A stretch of 64,000 nt of DNA from the NCBI GenBank assembly GCA_046292385.1, contig JBKBRF010000004.1:245212-309211 (forward strand), read 5' to 3'. This document shows, one piece after another, positions 9,531 through 18,946 of this stretch (position 1 is its first letter; every line of letters starts with the position of its first letter). The notes under the pieces are model-generated. The model was not told the DNA's origin and did no database searches. It saw nothing but the letters and a program-made list of their open reading frames with translations. Origin of the DNA: Armatimonadota bacterium (lineage in GTDB: Bacteria; Armatimonadota; SYMT01). Both the position numbers and the translations under genes were made by a program.

Positions 9531-9676
9531 TAGGGTCTAGGGGATAGGGTCTAGGGGATAGGGTCTAGGGGATAGGATATGGCGGGCTTGTGCGTCACCA
9601 GGCCGTCATTGGGCAAACGGCTGCGCGCTAACGGAACGGATCGTTCCCACACCCTAAACCCTAGACCCGAAACCCG
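9531..9676. repeat. Inverted short-tandem-repeat cassette
   Basis: (TAGGGTCTAGGGGA)x3 at 9531-9572 facing complementary CCCTAAACCCTAGACCCGAAACCC at about 9652-9676. Confidence 0.7.
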
Positions 9677-9686
9677 GGCTGCCCAG

Positions 9687-9716
9687 TGTAACCTTTTCCT
9701 CCCCGGCCGCATCGAA
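9687..9716 (+). promoter_or_regulatory. Possible ECF-type autoregulatory promoter
   Basis: TGTAAC-N16-GCATCGAA upstream of the ECF gene resembles AAC-containing ECF -35 elements; inference only. Confidence 0.3.
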
Positions 9717-9765
9717 CCGGTGTAAGGGCCCAAGAATAGAGGATGGATGCCATCACGAGGATTCC

Positions 9766-10395
9766 GTGAGTATGCCCCTCGGCCAGAGCATGGAAGCGGC
9801 CGGCGCGTCCCGGGCGACTGCCGCCGGCGCTCCTGACTCCGACCTGAACCTGATCCGTCTTTTCCGCGCGGGCGACGAGGCGGCGTTCGACCGGCTGTAC
9901 GTCAAGCACCAGGAGTACGTCTACAACGTCTGCCTGGGGATCCTGGCGAATGCCGACGACGCGCGCGACTCGACGCAGGAGACGTTCCTCCGCGTCTACC
10001 GCAAGGTGGCGGAGTTCCGGGCAGAGGCGGCGTTCTCGACCTGGCTCTACCGGGTGGCGGTCAACGTGTGCGTGGGGCACCTGCGGAAGCGACCGCGCAC
10101 CGCCACCGCTTCGCTGGAGGACGAAAACGTGCGCGAGATCGCCGACGACGCACCGGAGCTCGATTCCGGGCTCACGCGCGCCGTGGACGAGGCGCTGGTG
10201 CGCGAGTTGGTGGCGGAGCTGCCGGAAGACTACCGGGTGGTGCTGGTGCTCCGCTATTTCCAGAACCTCTCGTATGAGGAGATGATGGAAGTCCTGGGGT
10301 ATACGCTGGGCCAGGTGAAGGTGAAGCTGCACCGCGCCCGCCGGGCCTTCGCGAAGCGGTGGGAAGCGCGCGGATTGGGAGCAGTCGGGCTGTGA
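9766..10395 (+). CDS. ECF RNA polymerase sigma factor
   Basis: Region 2 (DSTQETFLRVYR, FSTWLYRVAVN) and region 4 (LSYEEM...GQVKVKLHRARR). Start could also be 9772 or 9790. Confidence 0.93.
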   Translation: MSMPLGQSMEAAGASRATAAGAPDSDLNLIRLFRAGDEAAFDRLYVKHQEYVYNVCLGILANADDARDSTQETFLRVYRKVAEFRAEAAFSTWLYRVAVNVCVGHLRKRPRTATASLEDENVREIADDAPELDSGLTRAVDEALVRELVAELPEDYRVVLVLRYFQNLSYEEMMEVLGYTLGQVKVKLHRARRAFAKRWEARGLGAVGL

Positions 10396-12017
10396 TGAAG
10401 TGTCGTCAGGCAGCAAACTGGATCGACGCGGCGCTGGACGGCGACGCGGGGCTTACCTCCACCCAGCGGGAGCAGCTGGAGGCGCACCTGGCCGGGTGTG
10501 CCGGCTGCCGCCGCCAGTGGGAAGCGCTGCGGACGGCGGAGGCGGTGCTGCGGGTGCCGCAGCCGGTCGCCGCGCCGGCCGGCATGCTGGACGAGTTCCG
10601 CCGCCGCCTGGAAGCGGAGCGCGCGGCTCCGGTGCTCCCGCCGTCTCGCCGCTGGAGCTGGAGCTGGCTCTGGCCGGTCGGCTCCCTCGCGGCGGCCGGC
10701 GCGGCGGCGGCGCTGGCGCTGCACTTCAGCACGCCGACCCTGCTCCTGCCGTCCACCCCGGACTCCGCGCCCGCTGCGGCAATCCCGGAGAGAACCGGGA
10801 GCGCTTCGGCACCGACGCGCGGCTCGGCGGATGCTCCGGCTGCCCGCGCGGGGACCGGCGCTCCCGATGCCGCGCGAGGCCGGCGAGAGTCGCCGCGCCC
10901 CCCCTCGTCTCCAGCGGCCGGAGGCGGGGAGCTCCGGTCCAGCCCCGCCAAAGTGACCACGCCGGCGGCGGGAGCGCGGCCGGAGCGTGAGAGGACAGCT
11001 ACCGACTCGACTGCCGCGGCAGACTTCACCCGCCCCCATCCGCAGGCCACGACTGCCGGAGGGCACGCGGCGGACCTGAAGCAGGATGCGGCGGCGGCCA
11101 TGCTGGGACTGGAGAGCACCCACCCCAAGCCGGTAGGGAGACGGTCCGCCGCGCCGGAGCAGACGACTCAGCTCTTCGCGGATTGGCCGACCTTTTATGT
11201 CTCGGGGCAGCGCGACAACGCGCCCACCGCGGCCCCGCTCGCACCGGAGTTCGAGGTCTCGCCCGCCGTTCTGAGCGCCCTGCAGCGTCCCGTAAGGGTC
11301 AGCGGAGAGATGCAAAGCCTGCAGGACGCGGCGGAGAGGCTGAGCGAGGCGGCCGACGTTCGCCTGGAGATCGAGGGGCGGCCGTCGGTGCTTCGCCGGC
11401 AGGTACGCCTCAGCGCCCCCACGGATGAAGCCCCGCTGTGGGTGGTGCTGCAGAACGTAGCGCAGGAGCACAGCCTGCGAATCTACCCGAAGGAGAACCA
11501 GCTCGTGCTGCGCCCGGCGGAGGAGACGGAGCGGCGTGGCGGCAAGGCGGTGGCCAGGGCGGAGGCGGTGGCGCCGCGCGCGCCGGAGGCGCTCTCCCAG
11601 AAGCGGGGCCCGGCTCCGCCACCGGAGCCGACCCGGACGATGCGCGCCGTGACGTCTGCCCCACCGGCCGGCCCCGCCGCGCCTTCCTCTGCTCCGGCGC
11701 CGTTCGGCGGCCTGGCGGGAGGCGGCTTGGGCGGGTTCGCCGGCGGCGACCGAGACCACGCCCCGGAGTCGCGGCTGATGTATCGCCGCGGCGCTGCCTA
11801 CCCGGGTCTCGCGCCGGACCGCTCCGTGTGGCCGTCGCAGTGGGGTCTGCTGCCGGAGCAGGGCTTCCGCCTGCCCAGCCCGGAGGAGTTCGCGCAGAAC
11901 CAGCTCTACGGCACGGCGGTGCCGCAGGGTAATGCTCCGGACCGCCCGGCGGCGGAAAAGGCTTCCACACCCCAGCCGAGCTCGCCGGCGAAGCCCCAGC
12001 TCCCGAAAAAGCGCTAG
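10395..12017 (+). CDS. Zinc-binding (zf-HC2) transmembrane anti-sigma factor
   Basis: MKC...HLAGCAGC ZAS motif, one TM helix, long Pro/Ala-rich region, STN-like segment; TGATG coupling with the sigma gene. Confidence 0.85.
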   Translation: MKCRQAANWIDAALDGDAGLTSTQREQLEAHLAGCAGCRRQWEALRTAEAVLRVPQPVAAPAGMLDEFRRRLEAERAAPVLPPSRRWSWSWLWPVGSLAAAGAAAALALHFSTPTLLLPSTPDSAPAAAIPERTGSASAPTRGSADAPAARAGTGAPDAARGRRESPRPPSSPAAGGGELRSSPAKVTTPAAGARPERERTATDSTAAADFTRPHPQATTAGGHAADLKQDAAAAMLGLESTHPKPVGRRSAAPEQTTQLFADWPTFYVSGQRDNAPTAAPLAPEFEVSPAVLSALQRPVRVSGEMQSLQDAAERLSEAADVRLEIEGRPSVLRRQVRLSAPTDEAPLWVVLQNVAQEHSLRIYPKENQLVLRPAEETERRGGKAVARAEAVAPRAPEALSQKRGPAPPPEPTRTMRAVTSAPPAGPAAPSSAPAPFGGLAGGGLGGFAGGDRDHAPESRLMYRRGAAYPGLAPDRSVWPSQWGLLPEQGFRLPSPEEFAQNQLYGTAVPQGNAPDRPAAEKASTPQPSSPAKPQLPKKR

Positions 12018-12113
12018 GGACCGCCGCCCCGGGTACGCGCCGCGGGACCGGGAGCCTCGCCGCCGCTCCCGGTCTTCGGGTGGGTCGCGCCCGGTGACGG
12101 GAGAACCCGGGGA

Positions 12114-12491
12114 TCAGGCGGAAGCCGGCACCGGCGTCCCGATCCGTTCCAGCAGCTTCTTCGCCGCGGCGTGGGCAGGATCGAGCTCCAGCGTGCGCGT
12201 GAGCTCGGCCGTGGCCTCGTCCATCCGGCGCGCCTGGTAGAGCGCCACCGCCAGGTTGTAACGGGCCCCGGCGTGGTCCGGCTGCAGAAAGGCCGCCTGC
12301 TGGAGCGAGGCGACGGCGGAGACGAGGTCGCCCCGCCGCCCGTGGCAGATGCCGAGCAGGCCGTGCGCTCCCACGTCGTCCGGATTGGCCGCGATCGCCT
12401 GCTGGAGCTTCTCCACCGCCTGCGTGAGGTTCCCCGACTGTAGCAGCCGCGCTCCCTCCTCCCGGAGGGCGGCTCCCGATTCCTGGTTCAT
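12114..12491 (-). CDS. Tetratricopeptide repeat protein
   Basis: Three TPR-like units (AHGLLGIC, ARYNLAVALY, LELDP). Confidence 0.82.
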   Translation of the reverse strand: MNQESGAALREEGARLLQSGNLTQAVEKLQQAIAANPDDVGAHGLLGICHGRRGDLVSAVASLQQAAFLQPDHAGARYNLAVALYQARRMDEATAELTRTLELDPAHAAAKKLLERIGTPVPASA

Positions 12492-12599
12492 TGCTGTTCC
12501 CTGTGCCGGCGCGTTCCGGATGCCGGCGGTTGACTACGACTGCCTACTGGTTCTACAGAGGAGTGCCGGAACCCTACAATGCCGTGCAGCCGCCCGAAG

Positions 12600-13526
12600 T
12601 CAGGGAATCGGGGTGAAGGTCACGCTCACCAGCCAGAGCAGCAAGCTGCAGAGCGCCACGTAGGCGACGCCCATCACCACGCGCTGCGACGAGGTGACGG
12701 GAGTACCGCCTTCCGGCGTCACGTCGCCGTGGCGCAGGCCGTGCCAGAGCCGCGGCAGCGAGAGGAGGACCAGCAAGATCAGCAGCGGGTTGCGCAGCAT
12801 TCCGGTGGCGTAGCCGGCGATCATCACCACCACGCCGACCAGCCAGATTCGCGGCGAGACCGCGCCGGTGATCCAGCCGCCGTCGAGCGGAAAGATCGGC
12901 GCCAGGTTGAAGAGGTTGAGCAGGAACGTGAAGTAGGCGAGCGAGAGGAATAGCCCGCTCCCGGTAAGGCCGTACAGGCCCAGGCAGGCCAGCCCCGCCA
13001 GGGTGCCGCCGATCGGCCCGCCGATCCCGATCACCGCCTCTTCGAACGGCGACTTCGCCGCGCGCTTCTGGAGGATCAGCGCCCCGAAGCCGGGGATGAA
13101 GAACGGCGCCGAGACCGGGACGCCGAAGCGGGCCGCCGCGAAGACATGCCCCATCTCGTGCACCAGGATGGAGAGCACGAAGCCGAGCCCGAAGGGCCAG
13201 CCCCAGAGCGTGGCGTAGTACCACGCGCTGAGGAGCATGGTGCCGCTCGTCTGCAGCACCGGCAGCACGAACTTGAGACTGGCCAGGGACTTGAGCTTGC
13301 CGGCCAGCAGGAAGAGGGAGACGCCGATCGGGCCGAGCACCTTGAGCCGCTCCACCCAGCCGGACTGCGCCGCGGCCGGCGTGGAGGCGGTGGGCGACGC
13401 GGCAGGGCGCGCGGGCTGCGACGTGCCGGCGGCGAGGTCGAAGTCGAGCGCCGGCGCGGCCGCGGTGCCGCAAGCAGGACAGGCGCCGCTGAGTGGAACC
13501 GAATTCTGGCAGTGAGAGCAGGTCAT
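12600..13526 (-). CDS. Site-2 protease (M50 family) with N-terminal zinc ribbon
   Basis: HEMGH and NLAPIFPLDGG motifs, several TM helices, N-terminal CSHC...CPAC; TGATG overlap with the upstream gene. Confidence 0.9.
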   Translation of the reverse strand: MTCSHCQNSVPLSGACPACGTAAAPALDFDLAAGTSQPARPAASPTASTPAAAQSGWVERLKVLGPIGVSLFLLAGKLKSLASLKFVLPVLQTSGTMLLSAWYYATLWGWPFGLGFVLSILVHEMGHVFAAARFGVPVSAPFFIPGFGALILQKRAAKSPFEEAVIGIGGPIGGTLAGLACLGLYGLTGSGLFLSLAYFTFLLNLFNLAPIFPLDGGWITGAVSPRIWLVGVVVMIAGYATGMLRNPLLILLVLLSLPRLWHGLRHGDVTPEGGTPVTSSQRVVMGVAYVALCSLLLWLVSVTFTPIP

Positions 13527-14440
13527 CAAACTGGTCGCTGCACCCGCGAGGCGATTCCCGCCCCGATGTAACGTCCCGTGAACACGTAGAAGAAGATGTT
13601 GATCGCCATGAAGCCGCCGCCGAGGAGCATCTCGAGACCCAGGATGATCAGGCCGGCGCCCACGCCGACCATCCACCCCTTCTCTTCGTCCAGGTTAGCG
13701 AGCCCAATGATCCAGCCGGTAATCGCGCCGAAGAACCCGTAAATGATGGCCTGGCCGATCGTTTCCACCCACCAGTCGGACGGTACCGATCCCCTGGAGA
13801 AGAGGAACATCGAGATCGTCGACCAGAGGGTCCACCACTGGCCGTACAGGAGACCCCAGCCCCAGCCGCGCAGGAAGCGTCGCCCGATTCCGGGCAGCTT
13901 CCCTGCCGGTACGGCGGCGGCGTGTGGAGTCCCGGTCGGGAGCGTCATCGGAGCGCCCGGTGCGGGGCCGGCCGCCGGAGCGGGCTGCCAGGTCTGCGCC
14001 GGGCCGCCGAGCAGTGGGGGAGCGGGAGCCGCGTTGGGCGCGGCGGGAGCCGCCGCCGGCGGAGCGACGGTAGACGCTGCGCCGCTCGCTTCGATCCGCC
14101 GGAGCAGGTCCTGCGCCCCGGCATGCTCCGGCTGTAGCTGCAGGGCGCGGCGCACCGCGGAGGCGGCCTCGCGGGTGTCGCCGGCCTGGAACGCCGCGAG
14201 CGCCAGGTTGTAGTGTGCCGCGGCGTCGCCCGGCTGCAGCGCGGAGGCCTGACGCAGCGCGACGAGCGCGGCGGGCAGGTTGCCCTGTCGCGCCTGGCAG
14301 ATTCCCAGCAGGCCGTAGGCGCGCGCGTCGCCCGGATCGAGGCGTACCGCCTCACTCAACAGCCGCTCCGCCTCCGGCAGGTTGCCGGCCTGGAGCTGGC
14401 GGGCTCCTTCTTCTCGCGGCGACGCCGACACGTTTTCCAT
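13526..14440 (-). CDS. TPR protein with C-terminal multi-pass membrane domain
   Basis: N-terminal TPRs, Pro/Ala linker and four hydrophobic segments. Confidence 0.78.
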   Translation of the reverse strand: MENVSASPREEGARQLQAGNLPEAERLLSEAVRLDPGDARAYGLLGICQARQGNLPAALVALRQASALQPGDAAAHYNLALAAFQAGDTREAASAVRRALQLQPEHAGAQDLLRRIEASGAASTVAPPAAAPAAPNAAPAPPLLGGPAQTWQPAPAAGPAPGAPMTLPTGTPHAAAVPAGKLPGIGRRFLRGWGWGLLYGQWWTLWSTISMFLFSRGSVPSDWWVETIGQAIIYGFFGAITGWIIGLANLDEEKGWMVGVGAGLIILGLEMLLGGGFMAINIFFYVFTGRYIGAGIASRVQRPV

Positions 14441-14486
14441 CAAATAGCTCTCCCTGCCGCTTCGGTGCGGCGCCGTCCGGACGAGA

Positions 14487-15257
14487 TTACGAAAGTCCCA
14501 TCGCTTGCAGGTTCCGCAGGCTGATCGCCAGGCTGTCGAACGGGTCCCGCTCGTAGGTGTGGTCCTGCTCCACCACGTACCAGCGCACGCCGGCCTCCCG
14601 GCAGGCTTCCAGGATCGCGGGCCAGTTCAGGTTGCCTTCGCCCACCTCCGCCATGAGCTGCTCTTTGCCGTCGCGAATCGACATGTCCTTGAGGTGGACC
14701 ACCGGCAGCCGGCCCTGCATCCGGCGGATCCACCAGGCGGGATCGCCGCCCCCGTGCTGGATCCAGTACGTATCGATCTCGGCGTTGAACACCGCTGCGT
14801 CGCTCTCGGAGTAGAGGATCTCGAGCCCGGTCCGGCCGTCGAGCCGCTCCAGCTCGAAGCTGTGGTTGTGGTAGCCGAAGGTGAGACCGCGCTCCTTCAG
14901 CCGCCGCGCCACTTCGCTCGCTTCCCGCGCGAAGCGCGGATAGCCTTCCGCGGTGCGGTACTCCGGCGGCATCGAGCCGACGGCGACGCTGCGGCAGCCC
15001 AGGAACTCCTGCTCCTCTACCACTGCCTCCAGCTCATCGCGCATCCGCGGGAAGGACACGTGCGCGGCGCAGGCGGTGAGCCCCTCACCGTCGAGGATTC
15101 TCCGCAGCTCGCGCGGATCGATCGGGCCGACCGCGGCGAGCTGGACCGCGCGGTAGCCGATTGCGGCGAGCTTCTTGAGGCTGGCGGCGATCTCTTCCGG
15201 GGTCTTGATGAACTCCCGGACGGTGTAGAGCTGGGCAGCGAGGCAGGTCTCGGCCAT
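14487..15257 (-). CDS. Sugar phosphate isomerase/epimerase (xylose isomerase-like TIM barrel)
   Basis: AAQLYTVR, GYHNHSFE, EIDTYW, VHLKD, EVGEGNLNW, VEQD. ATG at 15257; the ORF-track extension is shadow of the opposite gene. Confidence 0.9.
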   Translation of the reverse strand: MAETCLAAQLYTVREFIKTPEEIAASLKKLAAIGYRAVQLAAVGPIDPRELRRILDGEGLTACAAHVSFPRMRDELEAVVEEQEFLGCRSVAVGSMPPEYRTAEGYPRFAREASEVARRLKERGLTFGYHNHSFELERLDGRTGLEILYSESDAAVFNAEIDTYWIQHGGGDPAWWIRRMQGRLPVVHLKDMSIRDGKEQLMAEVGEGNLNWPAILEACREAGVRWYVVEQDHTYERDPFDSLAISLRNLQAMGLS

Positions 15258-15398
15258 CGGATGTAAGACTCCGGTGAGAATAGAGCTTTGATGACGATAG
15301 GGGAAGGTACGCCGGGAATGCGGCAAGCCCCTCCCCGGATGCGGCTCCCGGCCGGATGCGGTACGGTATCGGTGTTTACGAACGACAGGAGGCGAGGC

Positions 15399-16481
15399 AT
15401 GCAGCCGTATCGGTTCGCGGTGGTGGGGGCCGGCTGGCGTACCGACTTCTTTCTGCGCATCGCGCGGGAGCTGCCCGAGCGGTTCGAGCTCTGCGGGGTG
15501 GTGGTCCGCAGCCCGGAAAAGGGGGAAGTGCTGGAGGCCCGCTGGGGCGTACCGACCTTCCGCACGCCGGAGGCGCTGCTCCAGGCGGTCTCGCCGGAGC
15601 TCTGGGTCAGCAGCGTCTCTTATGCCGCGAACGGCGAGGTGACGCTCTCGCTGCTGGAGACCGGGCTGCCGATCCTGACGGAGACCCCACCCGCCGCCAC
15701 GCTGGAAGAGATGCAGGCGCTCTGGCGTCGGGTGCGGGAAGTCGGCGGGCGCGTGCAGGTAGCGGAGCAGTTCCACCGGCAGCCGCATCACGCGGCGCGG
15801 CTGGAGGCGGTCCGCCAGGGACACCTGGGGCCGGTCCACACCGCCTACGTCTCGCTGTCGCACGGCTACCACGGCACCAGCCTGATCCGGCGCTTCCTCG
15901 GCGTCCAATTCGAGCCGGCGCGGATCGTCGGGACGGGCTGGACCGATCGTGTCCACGACTCCGGCGGCCGGGAGGGCCCCCCGGTGAATCCGGGGATCAA
16001 AGACTCGCCGCAGCAGATCGCGCTGCTCGACTTCGGCGGAAAGCAGGCGGTCTTCGACTTCACGAGCGTGCAGTACTTCTCCCCGATCCGCGCGCAGCGG
16101 GTCTGCATCCGGGGCGAGAAGGGAGAGATCGTCGACGAGCTGCTCCGGACCTACAACGCCGAGGGCGAGCCGATCACCGTACCGTTCCTCCGGCGCGCGG
16201 CAGGGCCGAATGGAAACCTGGAGGGACACCACCTTCAGGGCATCCAGCTGGGAGACACCTGGATCTACCGCAACCCGACCGCCCCGGCGCGCCTGAGTGA
16301 CGAGGAGATCGCGATGGCGGAAATGCTCCGCGGCATGGGTGAATATGCCCGGGGCGGCGCGGAGGTCTACCCGCTGGTCGAAGCGATGCAGGACCACTAC
16401 CTCGGCCTCTGCATCCGCCGCGCCTGTGAGACGGGGGAGCCGGTGGAAGCGACTCCCCAGGAGTGGGCGCGGGACGCCTGA
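15399..16481 (+). CDS. Gfo/Idh/MocA family oxidoreductase
   Basis: FAVVGAGWR Rossmann start, ETPPA, HGYHG; AGGAGG upstream of ATG 15399. Confidence 0.85.
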   Translation: MQPYRFAVVGAGWRTDFFLRIARELPERFELCGVVVRSPEKGEVLEARWGVPTFRTPEALLQAVSPELWVSSVSYAANGEVTLSLLETGLPILTETPPAATLEEMQALWRRVREVGGRVQVAEQFHRQPHHAARLEAVRQGHLGPVHTAYVSLSHGYHGTSLIRRFLGVQFEPARIVGTGWTDRVHDSGGREGPPVNPGIKDSPQQIALLDFGGKQAVFDFTSVQYFSPIRAQRVCIRGEKGEIVDELLRTYNAEGEPITVPFLRRAAGPNGNLEGHHLQGIQLGDTWIYRNPTAPARLSDEEIAMAEMLRGMGEYARGGAEVYPLVEAMQDHYLGLCIRRACETGEPVEATPQEWARDA

Positions 16482-16493
16482 ACGGCTGCGCCG

Positions 16494-16952
16494 CTACGCG
16501 AGTCCGCGCCGTCGGCCCGGTTGGCCGTCGGCCGCTACCAGTCGCCGGGCCAGCAGCGCGTCGAGGCTGTACGCCCCGGGACCCGCCAGCAGCAGCGCGA
16601 CGTTCACGACCAGGTAAACCGCTGCCAGCTCCCAGCTCGACCCGCCGGTGCCGACGAAGGGATCGCCGGCCGGAAGATGCACGCGGAAGATCGCCACGAG
16701 CATTTGCACGGTCAGGAAGAGTGCGGCCACCGGGGTCAGCAGCCCCAGCACGAGCAGTGCGCCCCCCAGCACCTCCGTCCACGCCGCTATGAATCCCAGT
16801 GCCGGCGGCAGCTGCATCATCTCGGCGAAGGCGGCCGGGTCGCGGACCTTCGGCAGCCCGTGGAAGATGAAGGCGATGCCGGTCACCACCCGCAGCGCCA
16901 GCAGCGCGGCGCCGACCCGACCGGAATGAAAGCGCTCGATGATCAGGTGCAT
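16494..16952 (-). CDS. DoxX family membrane protein
   Basis: LRVVTG..FIFHGLPK, E..GG.LL.LGL.T, GPGAYSLD. Confidence 0.9.
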   Translation of the reverse strand: MHLIIERFHSGRVGAALLALRVVTGIAFIFHGLPKVRDPAAFAEMMQLPPALGFIAAWTEVLGGALLVLGLLTPVAALFLTVQMLVAIFRVHLPAGDPFVGTGGSSWELAAVYLVVNVALLLAGPGAYSLDALLARRLVAADGQPGRRRGLA

Positions 16953-16972
16953 GGGCGAACTCTTTCGAGCGT

Positions 16973-17124
16973 GTAGCGTTTAGGGTGCAGCGTGTAGAAA
17001 TACGTTTGCCGCAGCTTACTCAAAAACCGGTTCCCGCCCCGAGAGGGCGCTCAATTAGGAGCAGGTGTGCGCGGATGGCACTGTCCGCCAGCCACAGACC
17101 TACACGCTGCACCCTAACCGCTAC
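16973..17124. repeat. Inverted heptamer-repeat cassette (25-bp arms, 1 mismatch)
   Basis: GTAGCGTTTAGGGTGCAGCGTGTAG (16973-16997) versus CTACACGCTGCACCCTAACCGCTAC (17100-17124). Confidence 0.75.
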
Positions 17125-17351
17125 CCCCTACAAACCGGGCCTGTTTGCCTGCTCGGTAAGGGCGAGTATGACGCGTGCTATTGTGCGGCGGCTCTCCTAT
17201 ACTGGGGCCGTTCGCGCCGAGGCGCAGCCAACACTTGTCCCGATTCCGATCCCGACTGGTACCTTTCTCCCCGCCGGGTCGCATCGGTAATCCCCCCTGT
17301 CTAGAGCATTTTTTGTTCGGCAGTCGGTGAAACTCCGAAAGGAAAGCAGGC

Positions 17352-18743
17352 ATGCAGCAGCTACTCCTGGCGTTCGTGACCGGACTCTTCTCGCAGCCGG
17401 CCGGCGCCCCCGCGGCACCGCCGATTGCGCCCGCCGCGATCGTTGCCAAGAAGGCCCAGGCGGAGGCGCCCGTGGCGCCGCCGGTGAGCCCGGATGCGGC
17501 GCGGAGCGCCCGCGCGCAGGTGCGCCATTCCGTCGACGTGACCGGATCGCGCCGACGCCACAGCTTTACGTTCCCGGACGGGAGCACCGTCGAGTTCACG
17601 CAGCGGGCGCGCCGCTCGCGCGACCAGGCCCGCCGTCAGTGGGTCCTTTCGTACCCGGGCACTCACACCGCCGGGAACGAGCCGGACACCACCTTCGAGG
17701 CGGCCGGGCAGAGTGCCGGCCTGTCTCCGGCGGCGGTCCGCGCGCTGCGGTTCGTCTCCGGTCATGAGGGCGGCTTCGACGCCATCAACACGTGGGACGT
17801 CGCCCGGTTCAGCTGGGGGTTCATCCAGTTCGCCGGAGGTTACGGCTTCCCGCCGGCGCTGCTCCACGTGAAGCAGAGCAGCCCGGAGCTGTTCCACGAG
17901 CTGCTGGCGCAGTACGGCGTGGACGTGGTCCGCAGCCGTGACGGCGACCCGACCCCGGTCTTCGTCAGCGCCCGCACCGGGCGGACGCTGCGGGGCCGCG
18001 AGGCGGAGCAGGCGTTTGGGGATGATCCGCTGGCGATCGCCCTCTTCATCCGGGCGGGACGCCACACCGAGATCAAGCAGCGCCAGGTCGAGGCCGCGGT
18101 GCACAACTACGCCGCGCCGGCGCTCCAGACGGCGCTAGACGGCATCGCGCTGGCGCAGATGCTGGGGTCGCCGCAGGGGCTGGCGGTGCTGATGGACCGC
18201 CAGGTTCAGGAAGGCAACGTTCGCCGCATCGCCGCCGCGCTGGAGTCGGTCCGCCAGAGCCACCGCCTCGAAAACGCGCAGGACGTAGCGGCGCGCGAAG
18301 GCGAGGTGCTCGACCGCGCGATCCAGGATGCCGATGCGCGCGTCCGCATCCGGGAGCTGAGCCGGTCCGCGGCGGCGGCGCTCTCCCGCGCGGCGGCCAA
18401 GGCGCGCGGCGGTGAAGCCGGTTACGTGCCTTACGGCCCGACTCTCTCCTCGGCGCTCGACGCGGTGCGCCAGATGCACTTCGAGGCGGGGAACCGCATG
18501 ACCCTGAGCAAGAAGCGCGAGCGGATCTACGGCGGACTTTCGGAAGTGCTCACCGTCACCGACCCGGGCCGGCTCCAGGGCCTCTCCGGTCGGGAGATGG
18601 CCCGGCGGCTGGAGCGGGCCGCGGGCGAGGTCCGCGAGCTGGCTTCCGGCTTCCGCTGGGAAGAGAACATCCGCGACCGCCTGCGCAGCATCCGCAGCTC
18701 CGAGTTGGCCGGCCCGGCGCCCTCCGGCATCGTGCTGCAATAG
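17352..18743 (+). CDS. Secreted hypothetical protein with a lysozyme-like segment
   Basis: Signal-like N-terminus; HEGGFDAINTWD..FSWGFIQF resembles the Glu plus GxxQ core of lysozyme-fold hydrolases. Confidence 0.6.
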   Translation: MQQLLLAFVTGLFSQPAGAPAAPPIAPAAIVAKKAQAEAPVAPPVSPDAARSARAQVRHSVDVTGSRRRHSFTFPDGSTVEFTQRARRSRDQARRQWVLSYPGTHTAGNEPDTTFEAAGQSAGLSPAAVRALRFVSGHEGGFDAINTWDVARFSWGFIQFAGGYGFPPALLHVKQSSPELFHELLAQYGVDVVRSRDGDPTPVFVSARTGRTLRGREAEQAFGDDPLAIALFIRAGRHTEIKQRQVEAAVHNYAAPALQTALDGIALAQMLGSPQGLAVLMDRQVQEGNVRRIAAALESVRQSHRLENAQDVAAREGEVLDRAIQDADARVRIRELSRSAAAALSRAAAKARGGEAGYVPYGPTLSSALDAVRQMHFEAGNRMTLSKKRERIYGGLSEVLTVTDPGRLQGLSGREMARRLERAAGEVRELASGFRWEENIRDRLRSIRSSELAGPAPSGIVLQ

Positions 18744-18766
18744 CGGGTCCGGAAGCTGCTGCTCGA

Positions 18767-18805
18767 CCGAAGGGGTCGTCCACCACGAGTGGGCGGCCCC
18801 TTCGG
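18767..18805. terminator. Hairpin between convergent genes
   Basis: CCGAAGGGGTCGTCCAC-CACGA-GTGGGCGGCCCCTTCGG. Confidence 0.6.
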
Positions 18806-18817
18806 CAACTCAGGGAC

Positions 18818-18938
18818 GTTGCAGGTTTGCAGGTTAGCAGGTTGCAGGTTATGAACCCCCCCGACTGGCAGGTCAACCTGGAACCTGCAAACCTGGAACT
18901 TGCAAACCTGGACCTTGCAAACCTGCAACCTGCAAACC
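18818..18938. repeat. Inverted 7/8-mer tandem repeat cassette (GCAGGTT / AACCTGC)
   Basis: About four (T)TGCAGGT units at 18818-18850 facing about eight AACCTG(C/G)(A) units at 18875-18938. Confidence 0.8.
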
Positions 18939-18946
18939 GACTCCCG

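Noticed and set aside
17130..17351. Cyclic dinucleotide riboswitch upstream of the putative hydrolase
   Set aside because: Only a partial GAAAC...GAAAG resemblance; the conserved core could not be matched.
18818..18938. Possible CRISPR array (also 9531-9577 and 21712-21900)
   Set aside because: Units are 7-21 nt tandem repeats with no unique spacers, and no cas genes are present.
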